The position numbers were made by a program, and so were the translations under genes. The notes under the pieces are model-generated. The model made no database searches and was not told the origin of the DNA. It was given only the letters and a program-made list of their open reading frames with translations. DNA of 64,000 nucleotides from Gemmatimonadales bacterium (GTDB lineage Bacteria; Gemmatimonadota; Gemmatimonadetes; Gemmatimonadales; GWC2-71-9), in the NCBI GenBank assembly GCA_038321865.1, contig JBBQFH010000001.1, positions 160,001 to 224,000 on the forward strand. The letters are read 5' to 3'. This document shows positions 19,994 to 31,517 of the stretch, piece by piece. Numbering within the stretch: the stretch's first letter is position 1; the number at the start of each line of letters is the position of its first letter.

Positions 19994-20443
19994 ATGCTGA
20001 CGTCGCTCTTTCAACCCGGCGCCGTGCGCCTCGATCTCGTGGCCGCGGCGCAGGATGATGTGCTGGCCGAGCTGGTTGCCCTCCTGCCGCTGCCGGAGGC
20101 CGACGCCCACACGCTCCAGAAGCTGCTGAAGCGCCGCGAGGCGCTTGGCTCCACAGGCGTTGGTCGGGGCGTGGCGATTCCCCATACGCGCTGCCCTCTG
20201 GTGGCCGGCCTCCAGCTCGCCTTCGGCCGTCTGCCGGCCGGCATCGCATGGTCCGCCATCGACAACAAGCCGGTGCACTACTTCTTTCTGATCGTGGCGC
20301 CGCCGCTCGAGGTGTCGAATGAATATCTGCCGGTGCTCGGCCGGGTCGCGCAGTTCGTGAAGGAGCCGGACGTGCCGCAGCGGCTCGGCGCCCTGCAGAC
20401 TCCGGCGGAGTTCTTCGCGCTGCTCGCCGAGAAGGGGCTGTAG
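19994..20443 (+). CDS. stand-alone PTS IIA domain protein (PtsN/fructose family)
   Basis: REALGSTGVGRGVAIPH with the phospho-His; 149 aa. Confidence 0.9.
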   Translation: MLTSLFQPGAVRLDLVAAAQDDVLAELVALLPLPEADAHTLQKLLKRREALGSTGVGRGVAIPHTRCPLVAGLQLAFGRLPAGIAWSAIDNKPVHYFFLIVAPPLEVSNEYLPVLGRVAQFVKEPDVPQRLGALQTPAEFFALLAEKGL

Positions 20444-20452
20444 TTCAGAGCG

Positions 20453-22009
20453 TCATTCCCACTCGATCGTCGCCGGCGGCTTCGAGCTCACGTCGTAGAC
20501 TACCCGGTTGACGCCATCCACCTCGTTGGCGATCCGGTTCGAGATACGGCTCATCACCTCGGGCGGAAAGGGAAACCAGTCCGCCGTCATTCCGTCGCGG
20601 CTGGTCACGGCGCGCAGCGCCACCACCTGGTCGTAGCTCCGCTCGTCACCCTGCACCCCCACCGACCGGACCGGGAGCAGGACCGCGAACGCCTGCCAGA
20701 TCTCGTCGTACAGCCCGGCCGCGCGAATTTCCTCGATGTAAATGTGGTCCGCCCGCCGGAGCACTTCCAGGTGGGCGGGGCGCACCTCCCCCAGGATGCG
20801 GATCGCGAGCCCGGGGCCGGGGAACGGGTGCCTGCCCACCATTTCCTCGGGCAGTCCCAGCTCGCGTCCCACCTGGCGCACCTCGTCCTTGAACAGCTCC
20901 CGCAGCGGCTCGATCAGCTTGAATGGGAGTCGCTCCGGCAGGCCACCGACGTTGTGGTGGGTCTTGATCGTGACCGACGGCCCGCCTGCCGGCGAGAGCG
21001 ACTCGATGACGTCGGGGTAGAGCGTGCCCTGCACCAGAAACCCCACGTCGCTGCCCACCGCGCGCGCCTCCACCTCGAACACATCGATGAACGTGTGACC
21101 GATGCGGCGCCGCTTCTCTTCGGGTTCGGTGATGCCGGCCAGCCGCTCGAGGAACTGCGCGCTCGCGTCCACCACCCGAAGGTCGATCCCCAGGTGGCGC
21201 CGGAACGTCTGCTCGACCTGATCGCGCTCGTGCAGCCGGAGCAGGCCATGGTCGACGAATATGCAGGTGAGGCGGTCGCCGACCGCGCGGTGGACCAGGG
21301 CGGCCGCGACGGACGAATCCACGCCTCCGGACAGGCCGCAGATCACGCGCGCCGTCGGGCCCACCATCGCGCGCACCCGATCGATCTCCCGCTCGATGAG
21401 CTGGCCGGGCGTCCAGTCGGGCGTGCACCCGCAGATGGCGAACAGAAAATTGTTCAGCACCTCGCCGCCGCGCGGCGTGTGCGCGACTTCGGGATGAAAC
21501 TGCACGCCATAGAGCGGCAGCTCGCGATGCTGAAAGGCGGCCACCGGCGAGTTGGCGCTCCGCGCGACGACATCGTAGCCCGGGGGCGCCACGTCCACAT
21601 GGTCGCCGTGGCTCATCCAGACCGGCGTCTCCTCGCCGATGCCGAACCCCTCGAACAGGCGACCGCCCAGGACCTCGAGCCCGGCCCGGCCGTACTCGCG
21701 GCGCGCCGCGCGCTGCACCGTTCCGCCGCTGAGGTGAGCCAGGAGCTGCATGCCGTAGCAGACGCCGAGGACCGGAACGCCAAGGGCGAGCAGCGCCGGG
21801 TCCGCCGTCGGAACGCTGTCGCCGTAGACCGAGTTCGGGCCACCGGAGAGTATGACGCCGCGCGGATCCCAGTCGCGAATCCACTGCACGCTCCGGGACG
21901 GCGGATGGATCTCGCAGTACACATGCGCCTCGCGCACGCGCCGGGCGATCAGCTGGGTGTACTGTGATCCGAAATCGATGATCAGGACGCCGTCGTGATG
22001 CACTGCCAC
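20453..22009 (-). CDS. guaA: GMP synthase
   Basis: [50 protein letters not shown]. Confidence 0.98.
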   Translation of the reverse strand: MAVHHDGVLIIDFGSQYTQLIARRVREAHVYCEIHPPSRSVQWIRDWDPRGVILSGGPNSVYGDSVPTADPALLALGVPVLGVCYGMQLLAHLSGGTVQRAARREYGRAGLEVLGGRLFEGFGIGEETPVWMSHGDHVDVAPPGYDVVARSANSPVAAFQHRELPLYGVQFHPEVAHTPRGGEVLNNFLFAICGCTPDWTPGQLIEREIDRVRAMVGPTARVICGLSGGVDSSVAAALVHRAVGDRLTCIFVDHGLLRLHERDQVEQTFRRHLGIDLRVVDASAQFLERLAGITEPEEKRRRIGHTFIDVFEVEARAVGSDVGFLVQGTLYPDVIESLSPAGGPSVTIKTHHNVGGLPERLPFKLIEPLRELFKDEVRQVGRELGLPEEMVGRHPFPGPGLAIRILGEVRPAHLEVLRRADHIYIEEIRAAGLYDEIWQAFAVLLPVRSVGVQGDERSYDQVVALRAVTSRDGMTADWFPFPPEVMSRISNRIANEVDGVNRVVYDVSSKPPATIEWE

Positions 22010-22018
22010 GAAGCCTCG

Positions 22019-23335
22019 CTAGCCGAGCGGAGTGGGATGTTCGCCGCGATAGAGATCGGTCAGCTCCTCGCGCGGCCGGGCTACGGCGAACCGTCCGCCG
22101 TCCACGATCACCTCGGGCGGGCGCGGGCGGGTGTTGTAGCTCGACGCCATGACGAAGCCGTAGGCCCCGGCGCCGAGAATGGCCAGCCGCTCGCCTTGCG
22201 CCAGCGCGGGCAGCGATCGGTCGAGGGCCATGAAGTCCCCGGTTTCACAGACCGGGCCGACTACGTCCACCGGCGAGGCCTCACGACCCGCCGCCTCGAC
22301 CTCCAGGATCTCGTGATACGCGTGATAGTGGCTGGGACGCACCAGATCGTTCATGCCGGCGTCCACGATCACGAAGGACTTGCCGCCCGAGTGCTTGCGG
22401 TACATGACAGTGGTCAGCAGCACGCCCGCGCTCCCGACGAGGAAGCGCCCGGGCTCCACGTACACCGTCAGCCCGCTCCGCCCGAGCAGCGGGGCGACGG
22501 CGGCCGCGAATACGACCGGGTCCATCGGCGCCTCGGCGGCGTACTGAATCCCCAGTCCCCCGCCGATGTCGATCACTCGAAGCGTGTCGATCCCTGCCCC
22601 ACGCACCTCGCCGACGAGCGCGAGCAGCCGGCGGATCCCCTCCTGAAACGGGCCGGTATCGGTCCGCTGGCTCCCCAGATGCATGGCAAGGCCGGTCAGC
22701 TGCATGAACGGATGCGATGAGATCCGGCGCGCGGCGGCCAGCACCTGGTCGGTCGGAATCCCGAACTTGATGCCGCTCTTTCCCGTCGAGATGTACGGGT
22801 GCGTGTCCGTCGTCACGTCGGGATTGACGCGCACACCCACCGAGACCGAAATGCCCTCGGCCGTGGCGACGTCCTCCAGCACGTGCAGCTCCTCGGCCGA
22901 CTCGACGTTGATGTGGCCGACCCGGGCCCGCACGGCCGCCCGAAGCTCATCCACGGATTTGCCGACACCACTGAAGACGATGCGGTCGGGCGCGAACCCG
23001 GCCGCGAGCGCGCGCTGGAGTTCACCGGCCGAGACGATATCCGCGCCGGCGCCAAGGTCGCGCAGCACGCGAAGCACGGCCAGGTTGCCGTTGGCCTTCA
23101 CCGCAAAGCAGATCCGGTGGGGGACCGCGACGAGAGCGGCGTCGAGGGTTCGGTAGCGCGTACGAATGGCCCCGGCATTGTAGACGTACGCCGGCGTGCC
23201 GACGGCATCCGCGACATCGGTCAGCCGGACTTCGCCCATGACGAGTGATGCGCCGCGCCGCGCGAGGCCGCCATCGTCGAGCAGCTGCGCGACGTCCTCC
23301 GCTCCCGGGGCCGGCGTCAGTACGCCTTGGCCCAT
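22019..23335 (-). CDS. lysA: diaminopimelate decarboxylase
   Basis: FAVKAN, HPYISTG...[33 protein letters not shown]; start overlaps the proS end. Confidence 0.95.
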   Translation of the reverse strand: MGQGVLTPAPGAEDVAQLLDDGGLARRGASLVMGEVRLTDVADAVGTPAYVYNAGAIRTRYRTLDAALVAVPHRICFAVKANGNLAVLRVLRDLGAGADIVSAGELQRALAAGFAPDRIVFSGVGKSVDELRAAVRARVGHINVESAEELHVLEDVATAEGISVSVGVRVNPDVTTDTHPYISTGKSGIKFGIPTDQVLAAARRISSHPFMQLTGLAMHLGSQRTDTGPFQEGIRRLLALVGEVRGAGIDTLRVIDIGGGLGIQYAAEAPMDPVVFAAAVAPLLGRSGLTVYVEPGRFLVGSAGVLLTTVMYRKHSGGKSFVIVDAGMNDLVRPSHYHAYHEILEVEAAGREASPVDVVGPVCETGDFMALDRSLPALAQGERLAILGAGAYGFVMASSYNTRPRPPEVIVDGGRFAVARPREELTDLYRGEHPTPLG

Positions 23336-24765
23336 ACCGCCTCGGCGACGCTCGGTTTGTCGCACCAGATGCACCGCGTCGGCAGAATCGGCGACCGGAA
23401 TTCGGGATCAGGAAGGACCCGGATCGTGGCCTTGGTCTCCGCCTTGATCTCGGCTTCGCACGCGCCGGCGCCACAGAAGCCGCCATAGACGAACCCGCCA
23501 GCTCCGGCCATCCGCTCGATGAGCTGCTCCCTGGTGGCGCCGCGAAGGCTCGAAGCCTCGCGGCGCGCCCGCGCCGTCTCCAGCAGCTCGATCTGCATCC
23601 GTGCCATCTCGTGCTGCATCCGTTCGGCGATGCCATCGATCGGCACCGGCTCCTTCTTGCCGCCGGTCCGGCGCGCCATCATCGCTGACCCGGCGGCCAC
23701 ATCCCGCGGCCCGACCTCCAGCCGGAACGGCACGCCGCGCCCCTCCCATTCGTAATACTTGGCGCCCGGCTTGATCCCCTCCCGCGCGTCCACGTGCACT
23801 CGCACTCCTGCCGCAGCCAGCGTGGCCCGGATCTGCTGCGCGGCCTCGAGCACCAGCACCCGCTCCTCGTCCGTCCGGTAGATCGGCACGACCACGACCT
23901 GGTACTGAGCCAGCCGGGGCGGACAGACCAGCCCGTTGTCGTCGCTGTGGACCATGATCAGTCCACCTATGAGCCGCGTGGATACGCCCCACGACGTATT
24001 CCAGACGAACGCGAGTCCGCCCTCGGCGGTCTGGAACGTGACTTCGAACGCCTTCGCGAAGTTCTGGCCGAGGTTGTGGCTGGTGCCGGCCTGCAGTGCC
24101 TTGTCGTCCTGCATCAGCGCTTCACAGGCGTAGGTCCGGAGGGCACCCGCAAACCGCTCGCTGTCGGTCTTGAGACCGGTCAGGACCGGCATGGCCATCC
24201 ACTCCTCCATGAAGGTGCGATAGACGCCGAGCATCTGTCGCGTCTCGGCTTCCGCCTCGGCCTCGGTGGCATGGGCGGTGTGCCCCTCCTGCCAGAGAAA
24301 CTCGGTGGTGCGAAGAAAGAGCCGCGTTCGCAGCTCCCAGCGGACCACGTTGGCCCACTGGTTGATCAGCACCGGCAGGTCGCGATAGCTCTGGATCCAC
24401 TTCGCGTACATGGCGTAGATGATGGTCTCGGACGTTGGCCGGACCACCAGCGGCTCCTCGAGCTCCTTGCCGCCGCCATGGGTGACGACCGCGGTCTCCG
24501 GGGCGAAGCCTTCGACGTGCTCGGCCTCGCGCGAGAGAAAGGACTGTGGGATGAACAGCGGGAAATAGGCGTTCTGGTGCCCGGTGTCCTTGAACATCTG
24601 GTCGAGGGCGCGCTGCATCTGCTCCCAGATGGCGTATCCGTTCGGCCGAATGACCATGCACCCGCGCACCGGGCTGTAGTCCGCCAGTTCGGCACGCATG
24701 ATCACCTCGTTGTACCAGGCGCTGAAATCGGCAGCGCGCGTGGTGAGAGCCTTCGTATCAGCCAT
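23317..24765 (-). CDS. proS: proline--tRNA ligase, archaeal/eukaryote-like type
   Basis: [47 protein letters not shown]-terminal AKAY. Confidence 0.97.
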   Translation of the reverse strand: MADTKALTTRAADFSAWYNEVIMRAELADYSPVRGCMVIRPNGYAIWEQMQRALDQMFKDTGHQNAYFPLFIPQSFLSREAEHVEGFAPETAVVTHGGGKELEEPLVVRPTSETIIYAMYAKWIQSYRDLPVLINQWANVVRWELRTRLFLRTTEFLWQEGHTAHATEAEAEAETRQMLGVYRTFMEEWMAMPVLTGLKTDSERFAGALRTYACEALMQDDKALQAGTSHNLGQNFAKAFEVTFQTAEGGLAFVWNTSWGVSTRLIGGLIMVHSDDNGLVCPPRLAQYQVVVVPIYRTDEERVLVLEAAQQIRATLAAAGVRVHVDAREGIKPGAKYYEWEGRGVPFRLEVGPRDVAAGSAMMARRTGGKKEPVPIDGIAERMQHEMARMQIELLETARARREASSLRGATREQLIERMAGAGGFVYGGFCGAGACEAEIKAETKATIRVLPDPEFRSPILPTRCIWCDKPSVAEAVWAKAY

Positions 24766-26089
24766 GCGTACGGGCACCGGAAGCGGGAGAAGAGGATTGG
24801 ATGACGGCGAGCAGCGCTGCCGTGAGCCGGTCTCGAGGAATCGCCTGCTGGGTCTTGCTGGCGAGGTCGCGCAGCACGACCTCGCCGCGGGCACGATCAT
24901 CGGGTCCGACGACGACCGCTGCCCGTGCCCCGCGCGCGTCAGCCAGCTTCAGCTGCTTGCCCAGCGCCTGCGGACCGAGGGAGTACTCGGTCGCGAAGCC
25001 CGCCTCTCGTAACTGGTGGGCGACCGCCAGCACATGCGGGAGGTCATCGTCGGTCACGCCCGCGACCAGCACGTCGACCGTGCGCGGCCGAACCGGCAGC
25101 AGGCCCTTTTCGCGGAGGAGTTCACCCAGGACGACGTCGCCCATACCGAAGCCCAGCGCGGGCAGATCTACGCCTCCGAGCGCCAGCAGCAGGCCGTCGT
25201 AGCGGCCGCCGCCGCAGATCGCGCGGAGGGTGCCGGCGGCATCGAACAATTCGAAGACGGTCCCGGTGTAGTACGCGAGCCCGCGTACGATCGTCAGGTC
25301 CACGTCGATGAAGTCAGCGAGGCCCATGGCGTCCAGCGCCGCGACGGTGCGCATCAGCGGTTCGCCTTCGACGGAGGCGCCCGGAACAGCAGCCAGCGCG
25401 CCCTCGACGGCGTCCCGCCCACGTAAGCCCGCGACGGCGAACACACTTTCGATGGCCCGCCCGGCGAAGCCCGCCCCGCTGAGCTGCGACGCGAGCTCCT
25501 CCCGCGATGCCCGCTCCACCTTGTCGATTGCCTGGTACGCATCCGCCAGCTGGGACTCGGTCACGCCGCCGCCCAGGAGCAAGGCGCGGAGCACCCGCCG
25601 ATCGGACAGACGCACGCGCACGTCGCTCGATGACAGTCCGAAGGCCCGCATCAGATCGACCGCAAGCGCAATCACTTCGGCATCGGCCAGAGGGCCCGCT
25701 TCGCCGACCAGATCGCAGTTGAGCTGGAAGTGTTCGCGCAGGCGCCCGCGCTGCTGGCGCTCGTAGCGAAACAACTGCGGAATGGAGAACCAGCGGATCG
25801 GCTTCTTCAGGCCGTTCGCCCGCGCGGCGACCATGCGGGCAAAGCTGGGCGTCATCTCCGGCCGCAACGCGACGTCGCGCTCGCCCTTGTCGGTGAAGTT
25901 GTACAGCTGTCCCACGATCTCCGCCCCGCTCTTGGCGGTATACAGGTCGAGCGGCTCGAGCGGCGGCCCGTCATACTCCTCGAAGCCGTAACGCCGGGCG
26001 ACCTCCCGCCAGGTGCGGAAGATGTAGGCGCGTACGGCAAATTCGTCGGGGTAGAAATCGCGGAAGCCCGGGAGGGCCTGGCTTTGCAT
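24758..26089 (-). CDS. hisS: histidine--tRNA ligase
   Basis: [44 protein letters not shown]. Confidence 0.97.
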   Translation of the reverse strand: MQSQALPGFRDFYPDEFAVRAYIFRTWREVARRYGFEEYDGPPLEPLDLYTAKSGAEIVGQLYNFTDKGERDVALRPEMTPSFARMVAARANGLKKPIRWFSIPQLFRYERQQRGRLREHFQLNCDLVGEAGPLADAEVIALAVDLMRAFGLSSSDVRVRLSDRRVLRALLLGGGVTESQLADAYQAIDKVERASREELASQLSGAGFAGRAIESVFAVAGLRGRDAVEGALAAVPGASVEGEPLMRTVAALDAMGLADFIDVDLTIVRGLAYYTGTVFELFDAAGTLRAICGGGRYDGLLLALGGVDLPALGFGMGDVVLGELLREKGLLPVRPRTVDVLVAGVTDDDLPHVLAVAHQLREAGFATEYSLGPQALGKQLKLADARGARAAVVVGPDDRARGEVVLRDLASKTQQAIPRDRLTAALLAVIQSSSPASGARTHG

Positions 26090-26095
26090 GGCGGG

Positions 26096-26124
26096 AACTT
26101 AAACGGAGGACGAGGGGAGGTAAA
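26096..26124 (-). promoter_or_regulatory. sigma70-like promoter, probably leaderless, for hisS
   Basis: TTTACC-17-TAAGTT-6 nt-ATG; no SD. Confidence 0.55.
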
Positions 26125-26135
26125 CGCTGGCGCGC

Positions 26136-27371
26136 TCAGATCGGCCCCATTCCCAGCGACTGCATGACGTCGCCCACGGTATGGAACGACCCGGTCACGA
26201 GGACGGTGCCGGCCCCACGTTGCGCCTCGGTCAGCGCGTCATGAAAATCGGGAACGAGCGACCACGCCGCCCGCGCGGGCGGACGGGATGGATCGGCGAG
26301 CCAGCGCCGGAGCCAGTCGAGATCCCAGCGGCGGTCCGAAGCGCTGGGCGCGATCGTGAGCACGCCGCGATCAACCACTTCGTCCAGCCGCACGAGCATG
26401 GCGGGCCAGTCCTTGTCACCCAGGATCGATACCAGGGCATGCACCGGACCGGGCGGTGGTTCCGCCCGCAGGGCAGCGACCAGCGCGGCCATTCCATCCG
26501 GGTTGTGCGCCACATCGAAGAGCCAGCGTCCGCGGCGGTCGAGCCGACCCGGGACGCGGGTCCGGCTGAACGCGGCGGCCACCGACGCGGCATCCGGCCG
26601 GTAGGCCGCGGGGAGCGCCTCAAGGAGCGCCGCGGCGACCGCCGCATTCCGGCGCTGGTGCGGGCCAGCCAGGCCGAGAGGCCCCTCCCACCGGACATCG
26701 TCAGCGACGACGCGCACATCGGCGGGCACGGCAGCGCCCTGCGCCGCGACGGCGGCGCCGGCGGCCGCCCGCAGGACCTCGATCAGGTGCAGATCCGTTT
26801 CTCCTATCACCAGCGGAATGCCGGGCTTGGCGATGCCGGCCTTCTCGGCGGCGATCAGCTCGAGCGTATGGCCAAGGTACTTCATGTGGTCCCGGGCGAT
26901 TTTCGTGATTCCAGCCACCAGTGGCAACACCACATTGGTGCTGTCCAGCCGGCCACCGAGCCCGACCTCGACGACCATGATCTCGGCGCCCCGCGCGGCG
27001 AAATCCGCGAAGGCGATCGCGGTAGTCACCTCGAAGAAAGTCGCTTCCAGCTCGAGGATGAGCGACTGGAGCCGACTGGTCCACATGGCGACAGCCGCCT
27101 CGCTGACGGGCACCCCGTCCACCACGATCCGCTCGCGGAACGAGACGAGGTGCGGAGAGGTGTACAGTCCCACCCGCAACCCGGTCTCCGCGAGAGCGTC
27201 CGCCACGAGCACCGAGACGCTGCCCTTGCCGTTGGTGCCGGCGATGTGGATTGCGGGAACGACCCGGTGCGGATCGCCCAGCGAGGCGAGCAGCGCACGC
27301 GTCGTGTCGAGGCCGAATTTGATCGACGTGGTGCGAGGATAGAGGAATGCAAGCGCCTGGGCGTACGTCAT
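26136..27371 (-). CDS. folC: folylpolyglutamate/dihydrofolate synthase
   Basis: HIAGTNGKGS, YTSPHL, EVGLGGRLDSTNV, DVAHNP; follows accD. Confidence 0.96.
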   Translation of the reverse strand: MTYAQALAFLYPRTTSIKFGLDTTRALLASLGDPHRVVPAIHIAGTNGKGSVSVLVADALAETGLRVGLYTSPHLVSFRERIVVDGVPVSEAAVAMWTSRLQSLILELEATFFEVTTAIAFADFAARGAEIMVVEVGLGGRLDSTNVVLPLVAGITKIARDHMKYLGHTLELIAAEKAGIAKPGIPLVIGETDLHLIEVLRAAAGAAVAAQGAAVPADVRVVADDVRWEGPLGLAGPHQRRNAAVAAALLEALPAAYRPDAASVAAAFSRTRVPGRLDRRGRWLFDVAHNPDGMAALVAALRAEPPPGPVHALVSILGDKDWPAMLVRLDEVVDRGVLTIAPSASDRRWDLDWLRRWLADPSRPPARAAWSLVPDFHDALTEAQRGAGTVLVTGSFHTVGDVMQSLGMGPI

Positions 27372-27436
27372 GGCTGGATGCACGATCGCCCCGCCAGCTG
27401 CTGGCGGGGCGATTGGTTCGTCCGATGCCGATCCGC

Positions 27437-28306
27437 TCAGAGCGCCGCTTCCACGGCTTCCTGCGGCGCGCGCTGGCCCTGCATGTGGCGCAGCAGGCGC
27501 GCGGTCGTCTCGCGCAGCGAGCCGCGGGGCACGACATCGTCGATCTGGCCGTGCTCGAGCAGGAATTCCGCTGTCTGGAACCCGTCCGGGAGGTCCTGGC
27601 CGATGGTCTGCTTGATCACGCGCTGGCCGGCGAAGCCGATCACCGCACCGGGCTCCGCCAGAATGACGTCCCCCTGCATCGCGAACGACGCCGACACACC
27701 GCCCGTCGTCGGGTCGGTCAGGATCGTAATGAACGGAATCGAGGCCGCCTGCAGCGCAGCGATGGCGGCCGAGGTCTTGGCCATCTGCATAAGGGAGAGG
27801 ACCCCCTCCTGCATGCGGGCGCCTCCCGAAGTGCACACCAGCACCAGCGGCATCTTCTTTTCGAGCGAGCGCCGCGCGAGCCGCGCGATCTTCTCACCCA
27901 CGACGGAACCCATCGAGCCGCCCATGAACCGGAAATTCATGACGCCGAGGTGATAGGCCAGCCCAGCGAGGCGGCCGCTGCCCACGTAGATGGCGTCGCT
28001 GTCGCCGGCCTTTTTGCGCGCCACGGCCAGGCGGTCGGCATAGTGTTCGAATTTGAGCGGGTCGATCGACCGGAGCGATGCCCACAGCTCACGCCACGTC
28101 CCCGCGTCGGTCAGGAGCTCGATGTACTCCTCGGCGCTGAACCGGCGATGCCGGCCGCACTCCGGGCACACGTTGAGCGCCTTCTCGAACTTTTCGCGGA
28201 GGTCGATGTGGCCGCAGCCGTCGCACTTTTCCCAGGCGTCGGGCGGAATTTCCAGCCGCTCGCGCTGGGACGGGCGCGGCTTGCGCTCCTTTTTGAACCA
28301 GGCCAT
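27437..28306 (-). CDS. accD: acetyl-CoA carboxylase carboxyltransferase beta subunit
   Basis: CDGC...CPEC zinc finger, FMGGSMG, SGGARMQEG, PTTGGVSAS, FQTAEFLL. Confidence 0.97.
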   Translation of the reverse strand: MAWFKKERKPRPSQRERLEIPPDAWEKCDGCGHIDLREKFEKALNVCPECGRHRRFSAEEYIELLTDAGTWRELWASLRSIDPLKFEHYADRLAVARKKAGDSDAIYVGSGRLAGLAYHLGVMNFRFMGGSMGSVVGEKIARLARRSLEKKMPLVLVCTSGGARMQEGVLSLMQMAKTSAAIAALQAASIPFITILTDPTTGGVSASFAMQGDVILAEPGAVIGFAGQRVIKQTIGQDLPDGFQTAEFLLEHGQIDDVVPRGSLRETTARLLRHMQGQRAPQEAVEAAL

Positions 28307-28418
28307 CACAGCCATAGGCCAGGAGTGACAGCGCGCGGGGGGCGCAAAGGATTTTGCATGAGCATGCAATCTGAAGGGTTGGAGCCCCCAGCGCTAGTAC
28401 CTGATAGCTAAGTCGTTG

Positions 28419-29660
28419 TCAGAAATCACTATAGCCAGACATCCTTGCGTCCCACGAGACCCGGGCGGCCAGTCCGAGACAGATGGAGCAGATGACGAAG
28501 AATGATCCCCCATACGAGAAGAACGGCAAGGGAATCCCCGTGATGGGCATGATGTTCACGGTCATTCCCACATTTTCAAACACGTGGGTGAACCAGAGCC
28601 CGATGATCCCGAAGATAACCAGGCTGCTGAAGGGGTCGCTGGCCCGCCGGGCAATGCGCAGAAGGGTCAGGAAGAGCCCCAGGAACAACGAGAGCGCAAC
28701 GACCACGCCCACGAAGCCCAGCTCCTCTCCCACCACGGAGAATACGAAGTCGGTGTGCTGTTCCGGCAGAAATGCGAGCCGTTTCTGCGGGCCCTGCGTG
28801 TAGCCCGTCCCGAACCAGCCGCCCGACCCGATGGCGACCTTCGATTGGATGGCGTGGTAGCCGGCGTCTCGGGGATCCACCTCGGGGTTGAGGAAGGTGA
28901 GCAGCCGGTTCTGCTGATACACGTTGAGGTGTTTCCAGGCCGGCATCGCCACGGCCCCCATCACGAAATTGGCGATGTAGATCGTGACGGATTCCCAGAT
29001 ATACGGCCGCCACGCCGCCAGCAGGGCGAAGACGGCGACCATCCAGGCGCCCCAGGCGTAGTTGTTGAATGCCAGGAGCAGGCTGATCCCCGGGGATGCC
29101 ACCATGAACAACAGCCGCGGCCGCACACCCGACCAGAACAGCATCGCGAACATGATCCCCACGAAGACCATCGCGCTGCCGAGATCGGGCTGCTTCATCA
29201 CCAGGAGAAACGGGACCCCGATGATGGAGCACGGCAACGCCAGATCCCGCAGCGAGCGGGGCGGCTCCTTGAGGCCGCTCAGGTAGCGGGCCAGCATGAG
29301 GACCGCCGCGAGCTTCGCCAGCTCGGACGGCTGGCCGATGCGATGGCTCCCGATCGCGAGCCAGCTCTTGCTGCTCTGAGCGGTCCCGGCCCCGGTCCCG
29401 ATCACCAGGACCGCGAGCAGCAGGATCAGGCTGAAGGCATAGAGGATCGGCGCGCCCCACTCCAACAGCCGCATGGACGTCTTGAACGTGGCGAAGGCGG
29501 CGACCAGCCCGACCGCCAGCCACGCGAACTGGTGATACCACACTCCCTGAGCCTGGGTGACGATATCGGTCTGACCGGCCGAATAGAGGACGATGAGCCC
29601 GTACAGCACGAGCGTCACCGAGATGAAGATGAGCGGACGGTCGACCCCGCCCGACCTCAC
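28419..29660 (-). CDS. rodA: rod shape-determining SEDS protein
   Basis: QPSELAK, QPDLGS, AIGSGG..G.G, PEQHTDF, PITGIPLPFFSYGGS; follows mrdA. Confidence 0.95.
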   Translation of the reverse strand: MRSGGVDRPLIFISVTLVLYGLIVLYSAGQTDIVTQAQGVWYHQFAWLAVGLVAAFATFKTSMRLLEWGAPILYAFSLILLLAVLVIGTGAGTAQSSKSWLAIGSHRIGQPSELAKLAAVLMLARYLSGLKEPPRSLRDLALPCSIIGVPFLLVMKQPDLGSAMVFVGIMFAMLFWSGVRPRLLFMVASPGISLLLAFNNYAWGAWMVAVFALLAAWRPYIWESVTIYIANFVMGAVAMPAWKHLNVYQQNRLLTFLNPEVDPRDAGYHAIQSKVAIGSGGWFGTGYTQGPQKRLAFLPEQHTDFVFSVVGEELGFVGVVVALSLFLGLFLTLLRIARRASDPFSSLVIFGIIGLWFTHVFENVGMTVNIMPITGIPLPFFSYGGSFFVICSICLGLAARVSWDARMSGYSDF

Positions 29661-31516
29661 GGTGTGGTCCTGGCGGTGCTGTCGGGCAGCTGCACGGGCC
29701 TCGGGGCACTGTCACCCTGCACGCTCTCGTCCAGCAGGCCGGTCAGCACGCGCACCTTGGCTCCGGCGGCGGTGTCCGGGCCGATGAGATAACGCCGCAG
29801 CACGTTGATCACGTATGGGGCGACGACCGTTCCATGCTCGGCGAACTCCATGATTCCGCCGACCACCAGCTGGGGATGCTCCGCCGGCGCGAAGCCGATG
29901 AACCATCCGTGATCCTTGCCGTGGGAGTTCTGGGCGGTCCCGGTCTTTCCCGCCACCTGCAGATCGAGGTGCCGGGAGGCCGAGGCTGTGCCCCGCTCCA
30001 CGACGGCGATGAGTGCCCGTCGCAGCCCGTCGAGCTGCGTCGGCGTCAGACCGGTCGAGTGCCGGACGGTCGACGTCGGGCGGAAAATGTAAGGTGTCGG
30101 CTCGTCGCCGTTGCCCGCGAGCGCGGCGTAGAACTGAATCATGCTGATCAGGGTCTGGTCGTTCTCACCCTGGCCGATCGAGAAATTCAGCGTCGTGGCC
30201 GGCGCGCTCCAGTTTCCGGCGCCGCGGTACAGCTTGTTGAAGTACTCGATGCTGCTGGGGAAGGCCGGGCTGAGCTCGCTCGGCAGGTCGATGCCGGTCC
30301 GGTCGCGGAACCCCATCAGCATCCCGTCCTTGATGATCGCCTCGAGGCCGAGCCGCTGTCCCAGTTGGTAGAAGTACACGTCACAGCTCTTGGCGATGGC
30401 GCCGGTGAGATCGAGGGAGCCATGGCCCTCCTTCTTCCAGCACTTGAAACCCCGATTGCCCAGGCGATAGACACCGGTGCACGGGACGGGCATATGGGTG
30501 TCGAAGTTGATCAGCCCCCGGCGCAGCGCCATCGCGCTGATGGCGAGCTTGAAGGGCGAGGCCGGCGGATAGCGGCCGTTCACCGCACGGTTGATCATCG
30601 GCTTGGCGGAATCGGTATTGAGCAGCCGCCAGTTGGCGGCATCGATCCCGCCGACGAAGACGTTCGGATCGTAGGTGGGCGCGGAGTAGAGGGCCCGCAC
30701 CTCGCCGCTCGGCGTCATGGCGATCATGGCGCCGCGGACTCCCGAGGGCCAGATGCTGTCGATATAGCGCTGCAGGCCGAGATCGATCGTGGTCTTGATC
30801 TGATGCCCCGCGACCGGCGCGAGCGACGCGGAGCCGACATCCTCCCGCACGAGCCGGCCGCGGGCGTTCACTTCGGCGTAGCGGACGCCGGCCCGGCCGC
30901 GGAGGATGCTGTCGTACTCCCGCTCCAGCCCGGCCTTGCCCACGAGCGACCCCAGGCTCGCGTTGGGAAATCGATTGCTGCTCAGGTCCGACTCCGTCAC
31001 TTCGGAGACGTAACCGACCAGGTGCGCCACAGCCCTTCCCTGCGGATACATCCGCTTCGGCTCAGACTGGATGATCAGACCAGGCAGCAGGGAGCGATGC
31101 TCCTCCAGGCGTGACACGTCCTCGAAATCCGCATCGCCCAGCACGATGACGGGCTGGTAGGGTGCCCCGCGATAGCGTCGCAGGATCTCGGCGAGGTCGA
31201 AGGAGTCGAGGGATACGACGGTCGAGAAACGTGCCAGGACCGCCCGGAGCGAGTCGGCGCGCGGCGCCAGCAGCTTGACCGAAAAGCCGGGCACGTTTTC
31301 AGCAATGAGCTGGCCGTTCCGATCGACAATCTCGCCGCGCGGAGGTTCCAGCGGTATCGCCCGCAGCCGGTTGGTCTGGGCCTGAAGCTGGAACTTCTCG
31401 TGCTGAATGACCTGCGTCCGGAAGAACGCACTGATCAGGACGAAAAAGGCGGCGCCCAACACCCAGCCCGCGGCAGTCGCGCGCCGGCCGATCTGATAGG
31501 CGTCGAAGCCGTTCAC
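29657..31516 (-). CDS. mrdA: penicillin-binding protein 2
   Basis: PPRGEIVDRNG, YPPASPFK, SCDVYFY, KTGTAQ. Confidence 0.95.
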   Translation of the reverse strand: MNGFDAYQIGRRATAAGWVLGAAFFVLISAFFRTQVIQHEKFQLQAQTNRLRAIPLEPPRGEIVDRNGQLIAENVPGFSVKLLAPRADSLRAVLARFSTVVSLDSFDLAEILRRYRGAPYQPVIVLGDADFEDVSRLEEHRSLLPGLIIQSEPKRMYPQGRAVAHLVGYVSEVTESDLSSNRFPNASLGSLVGKAGLEREYDSILRGRAGVRYAEVNARGRLVREDVGSASLAPVAGHQIKTTIDLGLQRYIDSIWPSGVRGAMIAMTPSGEVRALYSAPTYDPNVFVGGIDAANWRLLNTDSAKPMINRAVNGRYPPASPFKLAISAMALRRGLINFDTHMPVPCTGVYRLGNRGFKCWKKEGHGSLDLTGAIAKSCDVYFYQLGQRLGLEAIIKDGMLMGFRDRTGIDLPSELSPAFPSSIEYFNKLYRGAGNWSAPATTLNFSIGQGENDQTLISMIQFYAALAGNGDEPTPYIFRPTSTVRHSTGLTPTQLDGLRRALIAVVERGTASASRHLDLQVAGKTGTAQNSHGKDHGWFIGFAPAEHPQLVVGGIMEFAEHGTVVAPYVINVLRRYLIGPDTAAGAKVRVLTGLLDESVQGDSAPRPVQLPDSTARTTP

Positions 31517-31517
31517 G

